Of a stretch of DNA of 64,000 bases, positions 23,501 through 37,508 are shown piece after piece; position 1 is the stretch's first letter, and every line of letters starts with the position of its first letter. Below the pieces are notes generated by a model. That model made no database searches and had not been told where the DNA came from. It worked only from the letters and a program-made list of their open reading frames with translations. This DNA is from Toensbergia leucococca. Lineage: Eukaryota. The stretch covers positions 62,001 to 126,000 of the forward strand of contig JALDZS010000020.1 of assembly GCA_022813965.1 (NCBI GenBank). Direction: 5' to 3'. The position numbers and the translations under genes are program-made.

Positions 23501-23605
23501 TTTTCCAAATGGTGTTTGTCGCTTTAGTGGTGTCCTTGGGTAATTTTGGAGTGTTGGGTATTCACACGCCACAGAGTAGGCGAAGATAACTTGTAGACTT
23601 TGCAA
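20507..23605 (-). CDS. Large acidic/coiled-coil hypothetical protein with internal tandem repeats; real start probably a downstream ATG (e.g. MDSHQN, ~23390)
   Basis: 1032-codon ORF that opens at TTG. It has a charged helical region, DEEQEALE-type 8-aa repeats and two copies of EDEDASGEWSxS; no recognisable domain. Confidence 0.7.
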   Translation of the reverse strand: MQSLQVIFAYSVACEYPTLQNYPRTPLKRQTPFGKLELFKTTIDNLINLFVHRTPMTLLRITSIESHQYSAVMDSHQNIRNAIPSARSLKRSASTALLDVGHDDQFKKRARGLVDFFQRSIRKGKQALEDNRQSKIAHNASLTRAILRDEVKRKEAIGDELKRKKLRREEQELEKKKMEELRSDGLEREVLSPEVMESINEEIRSTYYNEAVTRFQQDLEKKLTEELEERIRRESTARIEADLRPELRPIILKELRVSEACTCHLVHDPDVSKTSGPVKGVTEDLPTVLPEKFEDVSQIHAITQTVQEFCKVLVPANEKPSPPLSLEPFTEHSEDGKDQGDEEKSQATTQSPQEIIEDSSQTSTEEAKDSSVSCARMQEKQEILSQANETPIALLLSQASTEHAEDGRDQEGEEQEHVEDEEQEALEDEEPEALKDEEQEDLKDEEQGDLEDEEQSEGTTQQSQGLTNLPTIRATEGSSDVSTLVDERQTEEFKEPAGFDVIETTFSKSSVLVSNEASNIIPTTYANNESDHVSTQINIKLADTKSRDYNKDAGCHTKETIATMSLPVQEEALNVLTMTRTVKRSSEISTQIISNIRCEARDEVPDMEIKKTIDRSSLPGRTEALNNSKPESLWPTPVSRTAAEKGIFFGQTGAIGSVFSHPASNFKSLGKTGNLSVIDSRNLWDEDMSEISYVQHSEVPKQGRQVTFGDVELEEFHTEVPKLVHQQNLEDEELPDYVTEPESDDLELDDCISDSQDDRIEMLNHQAEPHNNDAGMGGDQPRNYDGDGELNDNQPERSKFEDNSKHRGVKRSRASETKLNYYDIVNRSAKQRRERSLDNDIEELFASSQSHDIEGSVPQGSSKENAINLDSDTADEVSPRQASFNMPQQNKVDEFPHRGNGPYGLDVYNSSGSEGLDDYRRSTRRRASGEDQDKADQYDGQSQEETLVEPANRSMDKKPLSFSQNEDDSPQNGRRVEDEDASGEWSMSEDEDASGEWSISQDDWDEGNQLSASEDSDRHPSPITCPNSDAEN
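22240..22370 (-). repeat. Coding minisatellite, 24-bp unit, about 5 copies (DEEQEALE/DEEPEALK/DEEQEDLK/DEEQGDLE)
   Basis: GCTCCTCGTCTT recurs every 24 bp on the + strand. Confidence 0.85.
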
Positions 23606-24481
23606 GATCTGTAGCTAATTCCCAAAAGAGTACTGCACCGACATTAGAAAATGTGGGAAAACGTCCACAGAGATTGAGCTTACAAGCCTATGGATGCGAT
23701 TAGGTAAGTTTATGAGGATATTTTCAAGTCCAGTGTATATTGCCCACCAGATAGGCGCAAGTAATATGAGCGGCTTGAAGCTGCGTAAACCAGAGAGGCT
23801 TTGAAGCTGTCAGAGTACGAAGGATCAAGTATGAAGAGCTGTGGCTCACAGAAATATGTTTGTGATCGAATTAGTGTTGAAGATGTTCGGTGTTGACTTG
23901 GCACTTGAATTGAAGACTGTTGCGTGTAAGATTCAAGCTCCAGAGAATAGCACAGAACTAGTAAATGTATCGAAGAAGTGCGAGAAGACTTGGTGTACAG
24001 CGCAGGACATGATTCAGGTGGTTGTTGTTTGGTGCTCAGCGGAATGATGAGGGTGCATAACGATTGATTCTGATAACTAAGTAAGTGTCTATTGAGTTCC
24101 TAAGCATCCCAGGACTCGGACGAGTTGAACGAAGTGAACACGAGATGAATGTTCCAAGAATCGTTGAGCGATGGAATGAATGTGCAAAAGTGAAGTCTGG
24201 AGAATTAAAGTCGCGGAAACGAAAGTCGCGAGGACCCGCCCGCTCGGCACGTCACCCACAGTCTGGACAATCATTCGGGACGGATGAACCTTAATATCAA
24301 GCTTATATTCAAAGAAAGCGCTAGGACCCTCGGACAAACATGGGCCCCGTCGAGAGGCATCAATATTCCGCATTCCTCCGCGTCGCTCAACTCAAGCGGT
24401 TATCGTGTCGTAACTCTAGATTGGTATCTACATCTATTGAGCTCTCCAAATACTCTACTGTGATAAACAACCACCCGCGAA

Positions 24482-25283
24482 ATGGATATCCGTGTTCTCC
24501 GCCCCTCAGACATTCCCCACGTCCAATCTACCAACATCACCAACCTCCCTGAGAATTACTTTCTGAAATATTACCTCTACCACGCCTTATCTTGGCCACA
24601 GCTCTCATACGTTGCAGTCGATACCTCCCGCCCCAAACGCACTCCCTACGACTCTCCTAAGATTGTGGGCTATGTACTCGCGAAGATGGACGAGGATCCG
24701 CCGGATGGAGTCCAGCACGGGCATATCACTAGCTTGAGTGTCATGAGGACACATAGGAGGTTGGGCTTGGCGGAAAAGATGATGAGGCAGAGTCGTATGT
24801 ATATGCCACTGCTCGGAAGGATGTCGGGGAAACGAGAAAAAGTTGATGAAAGGACTCAGACTCTAATCAAGAATATCAAACTAATAACTCAATACATGTT
24901 TAGAAAGAGCCATGGTTGAAAGCTTCGGCGCTCAATATGTCTCTCTCCACGTCCGAATGTCCAACATCGCCGCGCTACGCCTCTACCGCGACACTCTCGG
25001 TTTCAAAGTAGAGAAGGTAGAAGCAAAATATTACGCCGATGGCGAGGATGCATATAGTATGAAGATGGACTTGGCTTTCATCCGTGAGCAAGCGCTAGAT
25101 GAGGAGAGCGACGAAGATGAAGGGGAAGAGGTTGGCGAGGTCGGAAAGAAAGAAGATGGGGAGGGAGTGGACGCCGAGGGGAAAAAGGAGGGGAGGAAAG
25201 CTGTTGGTAAGAAGAGGAAAGTTAAGGTGGGGAGAGGGCTGGGTGTGGGGGATCTTGTAGAGAGGAATGAGAGTAAGGCCTAG
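24482..25283 (+). CDS. ARD1: NatA N-terminal acetyltransferase catalytic subunit (Ard1/NAA10)
   Basis: [52 protein letters not shown] and [10 protein letters not shown]; one intron at ~24795-24903. Confidence 0.96.
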
Positions 25284-25483
25284 GGATTTCAAGAGCCGTT
25301 TTCGAAGGTCGCAGCAATGTAGGACTCAGGGAAGATTCTCGTCTTGTACACAGGACAAGTCATTACAAGTTGATGTTGAAAATTGGTAATGACATGAATC
25401 GTGATATCCTCCAAGAAATATCAGAGTTGAGACATGAAAGCAAATAAGAAAAAGCCCCTTCCAGTGTCACGACTGGCCAAGAC

Positions 25484-27025
25484 CTAGTCTTTCCTCGTCA
25501 ACACACCCGATTCCTGTTCCTCGCTTTCATTGCCGTTCTCACGTACCCATGCTACATACCGTCTTGTTCCCATCTCACAGTCTCCACCTCTAGATCTCCT
25601 TCCCCTACCGCCTCGCCTACCGCCCCACATGCCGGTCCTCCTCTCATCTACTTCCTCAACCCTGACTTCCTGTCGTCCCTTGAATCTGTCTCCTCTCCAT
25701 GCATTCTCTTCCACTCCTGCTTGACGCATTATCCTCACTCCAGCTTCTCTCCCCCGAAGCTCTGCCTCCTTGGCCCGCTGCATCCCTCTTATTCCAGCTT
25801 CCACCCCGCGAGCTTCTGCCTCCATTGCCAGCCGCCGAGCTCTTGATTCGCTTTCTCTTCCACGAGCCTCTGCCTCCATTGCCTGTCGCCTGGCTCTCAT
25901 TTCGCTTTCCCTTCCGCGAGCCTCTGCATCCAATGTCTGTTGTCTTACTCTCATATCGGTTTCTTTCGCCAATTTCTCCTGCCGAGCATTTGATTCGAAT
26001 TCGAGCCTTTCGGCCTTGCGTCTGGCCTTCATAGTCCTCTTCTCCGCCTTGCGTATGGCCTTTCGATTCTTCTTTTCAGCCTTGCGTACCTTTTTCTCTG
26101 TCTTCAGATCCGTTTTTATCTCGCGGACAAGTCCTCTAATCTCCCGCTTCGTAGATCGGAATTCATCTGCGTGCTGTTTCCACAGGCTGCGAGGTACCTT
26201 ATGTCGATGCGAGCGTAGTTCGTCACGGAATTGGCGACAAGCTTTCTTGATATTTCTCTTTCCATTCTTATCAAGACGGAAAGCAATGATAGATTTGCGG
26301 ATGTCTGTCACTTCTGCGCCTTCGAAATCGCCTGATGAAATTGAATCAACAGAGGAACCCGAGCTCGAAGAGCTCGAGGACGAAGTTGATGACACGGAGT
26401 GCGAGCGTTGCCGATGTGCAGGGGTAGCTTCAAGCTGCGAGTCAGCGGTACCACCATACGGTCCAGAAGGACGAGAAGTTGATCTAGAAACCGATGACAG
26501 TACCGATGCAAATTCAGGATGAACACGGATACCCCGTGGCCCAAAGAAGCCTTCGTTCCATTCTGCTATTACTGCATTGATTCTTTCATGACGCTCTGGT
26601 GAATCTTCGTTGAGAGGTGCGCTTTCCTTTTTTTGGTTCGCATCTGATTTCTCAACAGATGCTCGGATATGGTCCAGGAGAACGTAGTTCACAAATGTTT
26701 GCCAGTCTGAGTTAGAAACATCTCTGGAGAATAACCTTGACGGGTATGGGAGGTCATCTCTCGTTGCATGGGAGGGAATGATCAGGAAATGGTCGAGAGT
26801 AAAATCGGGGTATGGAATGGCGCAAGGCCGCTCCTCAAAGTAGGTTGCTGCTGACGAAAATGGCATCTCATCATCGATCGACATAGGCCGCATATATCCC
26901 CCTCTCAGACTAGTTCTGATCGGAAGGTTAAAAGCACAAGGTAGCGCTGAGTTCGTAGGCTCTAAAGGAGAAGTTGGAGAGATAGAAGCATGAGGGGTAT
27001 ATGGAGGGGGTGCAAGGTCATTCAT
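25484..27025 (-). CDS. Hypothetical protein with N-terminal PPxY, a W..F...EWNEGFFGPRG block, a Ser tract and 18-aa helical repeats
   Basis: Long single ORF; the first ATG (MNDLAPPPY) is at 27025; contains repeats of AEARGRESExRARRxAME. Confidence 0.75.
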   Translation of the reverse strand: MNDLAPPPYTPHASISPTSPLEPTNSALPCAFNLPIRTSLRGGYMRPMSIDDEMPFSSAATYFEERPCAIPYPDFTLDHFLIIPSHATRDDLPYPSRLFSRDVSNSDWQTFVNYVLLDHIRASVEKSDANQKKESAPLNEDSPERHERINAVIAEWNEGFFGPRGIRVHPEFASVLSSVSRSTSRPSGPYGGTADSQLEATPAHRQRSHSVSSTSSSSSSSSGSSVDSISSGDFEGAEVTDIRKSIIAFRLDKNGKRNIKKACRQFRDELRSHRHKVPRSLWKQHADEFRSTKREIRGLVREIKTDLKTEKKVRKAEKKNRKAIRKAEKRTMKARRKAERLEFESNARQEKLAKETDMRVRQQTLDAEARGRESEMRARRQAMEAEARGRESESRARRLAMEAEARGVEAGIRGMQRAKEAELRGREAGVRIMRQAGVEENAWRGDRFKGRQEVRVEEVDERRTGMWGGRRGGRGRRSRGGDCEMGTRRYVAWVRENGNESEEQESGVLTRKD

Positions 27026-27764
27026 TTTGGGAACTGATGAAGTAGCGCTGGGCCGCTGGCCGACGGTGTTCTTGGATAAATTGGGGGGCAAGGACTGCCA
27101 CAGGTAAAACGTGGACGGAAATAGAGATGAGGCTCAGAGAAAGAAGAGCAACAGAAAGGTATCGAGTGTGAAGATGTAGCAACTTATGTATTACCTACTA
27201 CCTTTGACCTCTGAGTCTTCCCCACTTCTGCCGCCCGCACACACCAAATACAGCCTCGTCAGCAATGGACGGTAGCAAAAAGGTATGGTGCTCTACAGCA
27301 CCCAATCGTATTGGATAGTAGCATGTTTGGGCTTCGTGCTTGCATGAGCTTACGACGCCTCTTGGTGAAAGGTTTACGTCGGCACGGCTCAGCCTTATCA
27401 GTAGTCGGGCCCCAAGGCTGGTCGCGGTGTCATTTGGCCACGCCGAGATCATGTTTCGACATGTAATGCAGTAAATTCTGAAAAGGTCGTCGAAGACATC
27501 ATATCATTGAATATCTACACATCACATCATATCTAGAAGTATGTAAAGCGCTTATGTTCATCAAAGTTGAAATGATGCTCAACATCATCTCGGATGCACC
27601 GGGCATTGCTCCTAAGAACCCTATCCTCGAGCCTGTGTAATTGGTAAACGACGTCTCTGTGAAGTCAATGCTGACCATTTGCAGCATTACTGACCAGCAG
27701 CAAGCCTGCAGGGATCTAGATGAGCGGACAGAAGTCTTGGGCCTTGAGCAAGTACGCGCACATT

Positions 27765-28711
27765 CTATGAATCAAAGTACCAATGGATGTTGTGAAGGCG
27801 TCCCGACGCTGTGGGTGCAAGCTGGGTGAAGAGATGGGTAGAGAGATCAATGTCTGCTTTACCAGTCTGCAAGTATGTGAGCTCATACTTGCGCCAAAGA
27901 GTACTCAGAACATGAGAAAACGTTTGATAGACTTACGCAGCCTGCACACTTGTCACGTATTGTCCCGATCGCTGTTGAAGAACCAACTACGATTTTGATT
28001 GTCTGGTTGCAGTACGGACTGCTATTGCTCAGGCCGCCCATCATGCCTGTGTCTATTCAGTGAAGGACCACTTGGCAGTGTGATGATTAACATACCAACA
28101 GAAAGTGCAACAATATCACCTGTGTCACCGTCATCGGTGAAACCACAAGCTCCCAAGCCAGCAGTGTAATATGTCATGTCGCCAGAGCATGGAGCTTCGT
28201 CCGTACATTGGTTTGCAACCTCATCGACTGAAGAAGTGGATGAATAGGTTTGTGCTGGGGGGCTGTAGACAGACGTTGTGGACGGGGCTCGGTTGGTCGA
28301 GGGCGTGTTCGCTACGGGTCCGTAGATTGGGGATGTATAAGCCGGAAGAGGGGACGTAATCGATGAGACTGGGGACGAGCTCTCAAGGATGATCGACGCT
28401 TTATAGCCCTCGTTCACAGCATCGAAAGATGAAGCCAGGGAACTAGGCGTGGTAGACAGGACGGAGCTTGATGAAGGACTATCTACTGGGGTTTGTTGAT
28501 CCGCCGAGGAGTAGGTAATTGAAGCGGGTGTAGCAGAAGTCTCGGCACCTCCAGGGGGGACCCAGATGGTCGTTGTAAAATGGACCGTTTCAACGACTTC
28601 AATAATGACTTCTTTGATGACGGTCTCCAAGACAACATCCTGTTTGTTGAAAGGCACCGCTGCGATGAGTGCAAGGAAAGAGGCGAAAGCTATAACACCG
28701 GCGTTTTTCAT
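27765..28711 (-). CDS. Secreted RlpA-like double-psi beta-barrel protein (Asp f7 allergen / expansin-related)
   Basis: Signal peptide and Ser/Thr/Pro linker, then GDMTYYTAGLGACG, IVALS|MMG..SPYCNQTIKI..IRDKCAGC|..DIDLS..F..GR...IHWYF. Two introns; stop at 27767-27765. Confidence 0.88.
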
Positions 28712-29570
28712 CTTCACTAAGGAGCGTGGTTTACGGATGCTCGAAAAGCTGTATGCGGGTATAGTGAGGTGCCGGTCACAGAAGTAGCAGTTGTATTGCT
28801 GCGAATGTGATGGGATCGTCTTGGAACTGACCTATCTGAGCAGTAAATATAGCAGTGGTGTTAGATCAAATCTAAAAGAGTGTTAGGGATGCTAGCTCTC
28901 AGAGGAAAAATGAATGTTTGTCTCGGTCAAATGAAATTAATGAAAGTGAAGGACAGATATAACAGACGTCGAGCCTGGCAGATGCAAAAGAAGGAGGTAG
29001 GACTGAAAGCTGTGTGGGAACTAGGTAGAATACCGGTCTGGGCTGGATGTGATAGAATATGCAGGGATAGGGTGGTTTAGTTTTGTGGTGGCTGAAAGAC
29101 AACCGCCTGCAAAACATCAACTTCTCCAAGCAATTCTGCCTTTCCATTTGTCCGCACGGAGAAGATGATGTGTACTGTGTCTAATCCATCACTTAAGCCT
29201 CACTGTGAATTAATTTTTCCTTCGATTTTGAAAGATTGACCCAATGTCGTTTCATGGGATAGCTAAATATTCTAGGTACCGTCAATTTGAGACTTCTTTC
29301 TTTCACGATACTGTCACACTTACCACTGTAGGCAGGAAATATGGTATGGACTGTATGGTGGTATCGTATCATGAGACAAAGAGCTTAGTAATGAGACAGA
29401 CGCCAAGAACCAGTCACACTCTACAATGGTGATCTTCGATAACCAATAATCGTCTCCTCCAGGCGAAATCAGTGCCATCAACACGATACCAATCACTTTC
29501 ACCTTACAATGCATTTGATCGTGATTCGCATTTGAGGATCTATGTAACAATAGTGCTCCACAACCGCGTA

Positions 29571-32245
29571 CTATCGATTCAAACTGAGTAAACCTTCAAT
29601 GTACTGTCTAGCATCGATGCCAATCCCCTCGGCTAGCTTTCCTGGACCCCATCCGCTAGCCGCACTTGGACCACTGGTATCCCTACCAAATCTTCCAATT
29701 GTCTTTCTTGCCCCAGGCGCGATGTAGTCACTTGCTTTCCTGATAAGAAAGGCTTCCCTATGTATACCATTTTGTGCCACTGGAGCACGAGGTAAGCGCA
29801 TCCAGACCACCCACCAACCACGAGTCGTTTTGCAAGTCCTTTCAAGCTCAGATGTATGTCGACGGGTTGAAGTGTACGTGTTGAGTATTTGTAAATGCGC
29901 GCTCAAAGCCTCTACACGAGTCCAAGGAGCCTCTATCGGGCGTAACCCTTCAGCAGTGGTCGTGCCTTGGTCAGGAATATTAGGTATTGTTGTATGCACT
30001 GTCATGTTTGCCGGGTCATACACTAGATCATAGATTGGCTGCGAGCTGCCGGCAGACGTAGTACTTTTAGGGCTCGCGGCCTCCCAAAGGCGTTCTGATA
30101 CCTTACTAGGAGATGTCGAAGACAGTAGGGATCGCTGGAGTGGTCCAAGCTGGTGGTGAAGAGATCGGTAAAAAGAGGATATGGCAAGAGAATCCGTGTG
30201 TAGCTCAAAGAGGAACGTGAAAATGAAAGGTTGATGCTTTGAGCATGTAAACATAAGGGAGTTGAGTGTGCTAATGGAGAACTCACAACATAAACGACCA
30301 CACGTTGTCGATCAAAATAACTCGTCACGGACTCGTCGACCTCTTCGGTGTCTGGGCTGTTACGAGCTGCGATTCTGGGGATGGGAGATCCATCACATAC
30401 CGTGATCATTCGAGACTTTGCTCGATTTTGTAATCTCTTTTCTTACTCGTTCAACATGAACCGTTCTCAAGATAGTCCTGCTATTCCAGCTCTTGTTTTC
30501 GATGCCACCTTCTCGATCTGTCCCAACTTCAGTATCTTCCTCCTCATCTTCAACGCCGAGTTCTTGCTTAAGGTCGCCCTGAAGTCCAATCATGAAATAT
30601 CCATCAGAGTTGTCCCACATACGGGTTTTCTTTGAAGGAGTGATCTTAGCAAGCGATTTCACATTTGAAAGGACTTTGCCGGTCAAATCTGGACCCCGAT
30701 CTTTGTTGCTATCTTGCTGGTGAAGGGAGGATACCTGGTGAGTCGAGATAGATCTTCCACTTGGAATGCCCCAACTTGAACCGTACAGACCGAGTGTCAA
30801 ATACTTCACCAGTGTCTCTGTGTTGGAAACCGAATCATTTGGTAAAGTAGAAGACCTCGTGTTTGTTTTCTCCTGCGACACATTATTGTCTTCAAAACTC
30901 TGGGCGAGGGTGACAGTTTTGCTAGACGACATTCTCATAGGCGCAACAATAGGAGGAGGTATACTTGTAGAGTATTGTGGCTGTTGCAGAGGTTCAATAC
31001 CTCTTGTATCTGCTTTGCCGCTGGCCTGCGTCATCAGTCTCGTCGGACGATTTTTATGACCCTTGAGACTTACAGTCGAAGAGCTTTGCCTAGATGCTGG
31101 CCGGGCCTTCATTCGTTTACGACGGTAGCTCGAAGCAGGATTGTCTCGAATTCCATAAGCATCTTGACCGTACGTATAGAGCCACTCCATCCAGCTGGAG
31201 ATGTCCCTTAGCGACGATCGTGTCAAAGCCCCTATGCCAGAGAATATTACGCCGTCGGAAGGCCTTGGAGCTTGGCCTGTACCTTGCCAACATACTTTCT
31301 CCTGCTTGGAAAAGACAGGAGCAGCTGTAGGTACAGATGTTTTCGATGCAATTGTAGGGACTTGGGGCGCATCTCCGAATCTTGACACAACTAAGTCAAC
31401 CAGGCCATCAGTCCTCTGGATGAAACCCTCCAACACTTCTCGCTCGCCACTACCCCATTCTTCTTCTCCTACGCCAATGCCAAGCTCCCCTCCTGCGGCG
31501 AGCTTTAGACCGTTGAAAACATCTACCGCGGGATTTCCATGGAGCAAGACATCCCAATTCCAAGCAAAGACGTCCCAAAAGCGCTTGAGTGCGCTGCAGA
31601 ATATTGGTCTTGTCAGTCGAACATAGAGGTCGGCAACAGAGGGTGCATGATGAAGGAGAAATACGTTGTGGGCGCGAAGGATCTGTTGTACTAATAAACC
31701 TGGGGGGCAGACTTCACGAGCCGAATATTCGACAGAAGGCTCAGTTGCCTGTGGGAGGCGCATGTCAAATGTACTTGTGAGGCGAGTCAGATCGACGGAC
31801 TGCCGGGGGATCAGAAAGGTAAATTAGAAGAGAATGGTATACGTACTGCTACTATCCACCAGCCTGTCTCTAATTCATGCAATACGATTCTAGATTTCTC
31901 TGTCTCGATAGAGTCGACAGCTTCTCCGTCGGAGAAGCTCCTACGATGTGCTCAGTCCAAAAGACTTCATGTCACTTCTGTTGAAATGAATTACTTTGCA
32001 AACTCGATCATGCCCTGAGCCAAGCCGATCTGACGCATTCTCTCGTTTTTCGCCTTGCGGTCCTCCTTAAGTTCAGCATCCTCGTTGACTTTGCGCCTTC
32101 TTTCCAGACTTTCCGCCTTAGAATAGTAATACACGATTTGATCATACAGAGTGTCATCAGAATCTCCCAATGAGGGATTGTAAATAGCTAAGAAGGAGAG
32201 CTGCGCCGCTTGAGCATCGGTCGCATGTTGACTTCGGCCTGACAT
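29571..32245 (-). CDS. CCZ1: Vacuolar fusion protein Ccz1 (Mon1-Ccz1 GEF subunit)
   Basis: AQLSFLAIYNPSLG..DQIVYY, ERMRQIGLAQGMIEFA, YSAREV, WDVLLHGNP, GGELGIGVGEEEWGSGEREVLEG, RGWWVVW and GIDARQYIEGLLSL; four introns. Confidence 0.88.
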
Positions 32246-32330
32246 TGCATGGTGCAGAATAGGGCAAAATCGATTAGCAGCAGATCAGTGTGAAGCACTG
32301 GTACGAGTACTCGTACGAATAAGCAGGTCG

Positions 32331-32608
32331 GTTTCAATTGACTGCACAACCACGCTAGAATACTTTTGGACTAGATCACCCGCACCACACGTTGAATTTG
32401 GGCCACTAACGGATGAAATGTAAGGTACTGTAGCTACAGTCATTCGGAGCCATTGTATGTAGTCTGAGATGGCTGTCCTGGGAGGAGACAGAGATTTGAT
32501 TGTGATGAACGAGTAAAAGCACTATGAGTACACTGTCGATGAAGTGTTCCATTCTACGTAGAATAGAATAGAATAGTGTAAAAGTACGGTCGTGCAGTCA
32601 ATCAAAAC
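32331..32608. repeat. Degenerate inverted repeat enclosing ~280 bp (possible old MITE)
   Basis: 32331-32351 (GTTTCAATTGACTGCACAACC) matches the reverse complement of 32588-32608 (GTTTTGATTGACTGCACGACC) at 18 of 21 positions; an inner TACTTTT/AAAAGTA pair also matches. Confidence 0.5.
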
Positions 32609-32881
32609 TTGCCCGGCTCTAGCGTGTGTAATTTTTTACAATGAGCTTGAGGAATCCTTGAAGGTTCACGTCGCCCTTTCTTTCATGGTTCACTGAAGTA
32701 CAAACGATGCCGTATAGCTACTGAGTCGCCCACATTACTTTGCCCTGCCTCGAATCTGAACACCACCGTCATTATCGAATGCTTAGGAGACTATTCACTC
32801 CCCGTCCCTTTCTTAAATCTTTCCCACATCGCCTAGTAGCTCGCGCAAATACCATTCCAACGCTTGAGACATTTGACCGTG

Positions 32882-33794
32882 ATGTCTGACAATGGTATCA
32901 CAGCGGAGGATGAGCATGTACTTTCTCGCGAGGAGGGTGGCGATGATGAAGTAAGAGCTGGACCTCCTTATTCCGATTCATCGCAACGATTTCTTTCGTG
33001 GGCTACCACGTGTTGCGTTTTCAGTCGTGTTTCATCTTGATCTATTCTACGAAGAGGTGCTGATTGTGTGGTGCACAGGAAGAAATATCCGCGATGAAGA
33101 GACGGGTGGCCGAGATGGAAGCTGAGGCAGCTAAGCTGCGGGAAATGCAGGCATCTCTAGACCAGCAGAGTAATGATCTTCGAGAAGACAAGGAGGATAT
33201 AGATGCGCGGAGTATATTTGTTGGTAACGTGGACTATGGCGCGTCTCCAGAGGAAATACAGGCGCATTTCCAAAGTTGCGGCTCCATCAATCGGGTCACG
33301 ATTCTACTGGACAAATTTACAGGGCATCCAAAGGGGTTGGTCTCTCTACTTTGGAAATTGCCTTGACGCACGCAATCTCTTCGATCCCCACCTCCTACGT
33401 CTTCAGTACATCCTCGCTACCTGGCAAGAGATGGACGGCTAATGGTATGATGCAGGTATGCGTATGTGGAGTTCACCGAGCCAAACCTTGTTGCTCAAGC
33501 TTTAGTACTAAATGAGAGTCTATTTAGAGGCCGGAATCTGAAGGTTGGTCCAGGCTTGCTGCCCCTCGCATGATTACTTGCACACATTGACTAATAGGCT
33601 GGGTTTAGGTAGTCCCCAAGCGTACCAATTTACCTGGAATGACTCGTGGACGCGGTGGGCGAGGTGGTGGTCCTCCTCGTGGTGGTAGAGGCGGATTTGG
33701 TCGGGGTGGCGGCTACGATCGTGGGGGATATCCTCCTCGAGGTGGCTATCGCGGTGGATACAGAGGCAGGCCGAGAGGATACGCGCCATACTAA
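32882..33794 (+). CDS. PAB2: Nuclear poly(A)-binding protein 2 (PABPN1/Pab2 family)
   Basis: Coiled coil [35 protein letters not shown], then KRTNLPGM and an RGG tail ending GYAPY; three introns. Confidence 0.93.
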
Positions 33795-34488
33795 AAGTCT
33801 GAAGGATGGCACGGCTACCCATGTACTGTTACTGCGGGACTTCAGGTTGCCTTGAGGGATTTTGCGATTTTTCAGGATGGATTGCTTCTGCTTTTTGGAA
33901 GATGTGTACATTGATAGATGGAATTGCCGAGATCCAAAGAGTGAAGATCTCCCCCGATCATGATATGGATGGTCACAGCGGGAGTCTTGAGAGACATGTT
34001 GTACTCATGACGGCTGGACTACAACCCGTAAGTTATCTAATGAAGCAGCATTTGTATTCAACACGATAGAGACTGGTTATTCGATACCATCTTTACTGCA
34101 ACAGTTGAAGTTTGAGTCCGTACGGAATAACATCACAGACCACGCAAATGTGAAATTTCTATATTCGGCAATGAGGATGAGATCGGTACTAGTGGGGGTG
34201 AGCCGCCGCATCAATACATGCCTCACTTACCCGTCTAAAACAATAATGCCATCCTACATTATTGACCGTCATTTGTAGAACCTCTTCACCTCAGATCGAC
34301 GACGGGCGTGACTTTCTGTCAATCTTTGCGACTTTCCTCCATTAAGGGATAAGACTGCACAGCCTCAATCGCCAGGCCGTCAGGCCAAGGGACCATTTGG
34401 CCCACCGACGTCGAGTCCCATTCATACGTCCATCAAGACGAGGCTCCATCACCTAGATCAAGGTCCCAGACAGAGGTGCTAGGACGGC

Positions 34489-37508
<3,020 letters not shown>

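Noticed and set aside
25269..25283. ARD1 C-terminal SKA as a peroxisomal signal, and stop-readthrough contexts generally
   Set aside because: SKA is not a canonical PTS1, and none of the TGA stops I checked is followed by CTA.
25770..26522. 250-aa antisense ORF, and similar shadows at 14704-15171, 22092-22498 and 47943-48449
   Set aside because: They mirror repetitive or codon-biased sense-strand genes and have no independent motifs.
33336..33455. Possible [D1,2] stwintron in PAB2 intron 2 (G|GTTGGT..CTTCAG|TACAT would rebuild a GTACAT donor)
   Set aside because: Two-step splicing removes one extra G and frameshifts KGYAYVEF, whereas the simple intron gives the right frame. There is no good internal branch site near the CAG.
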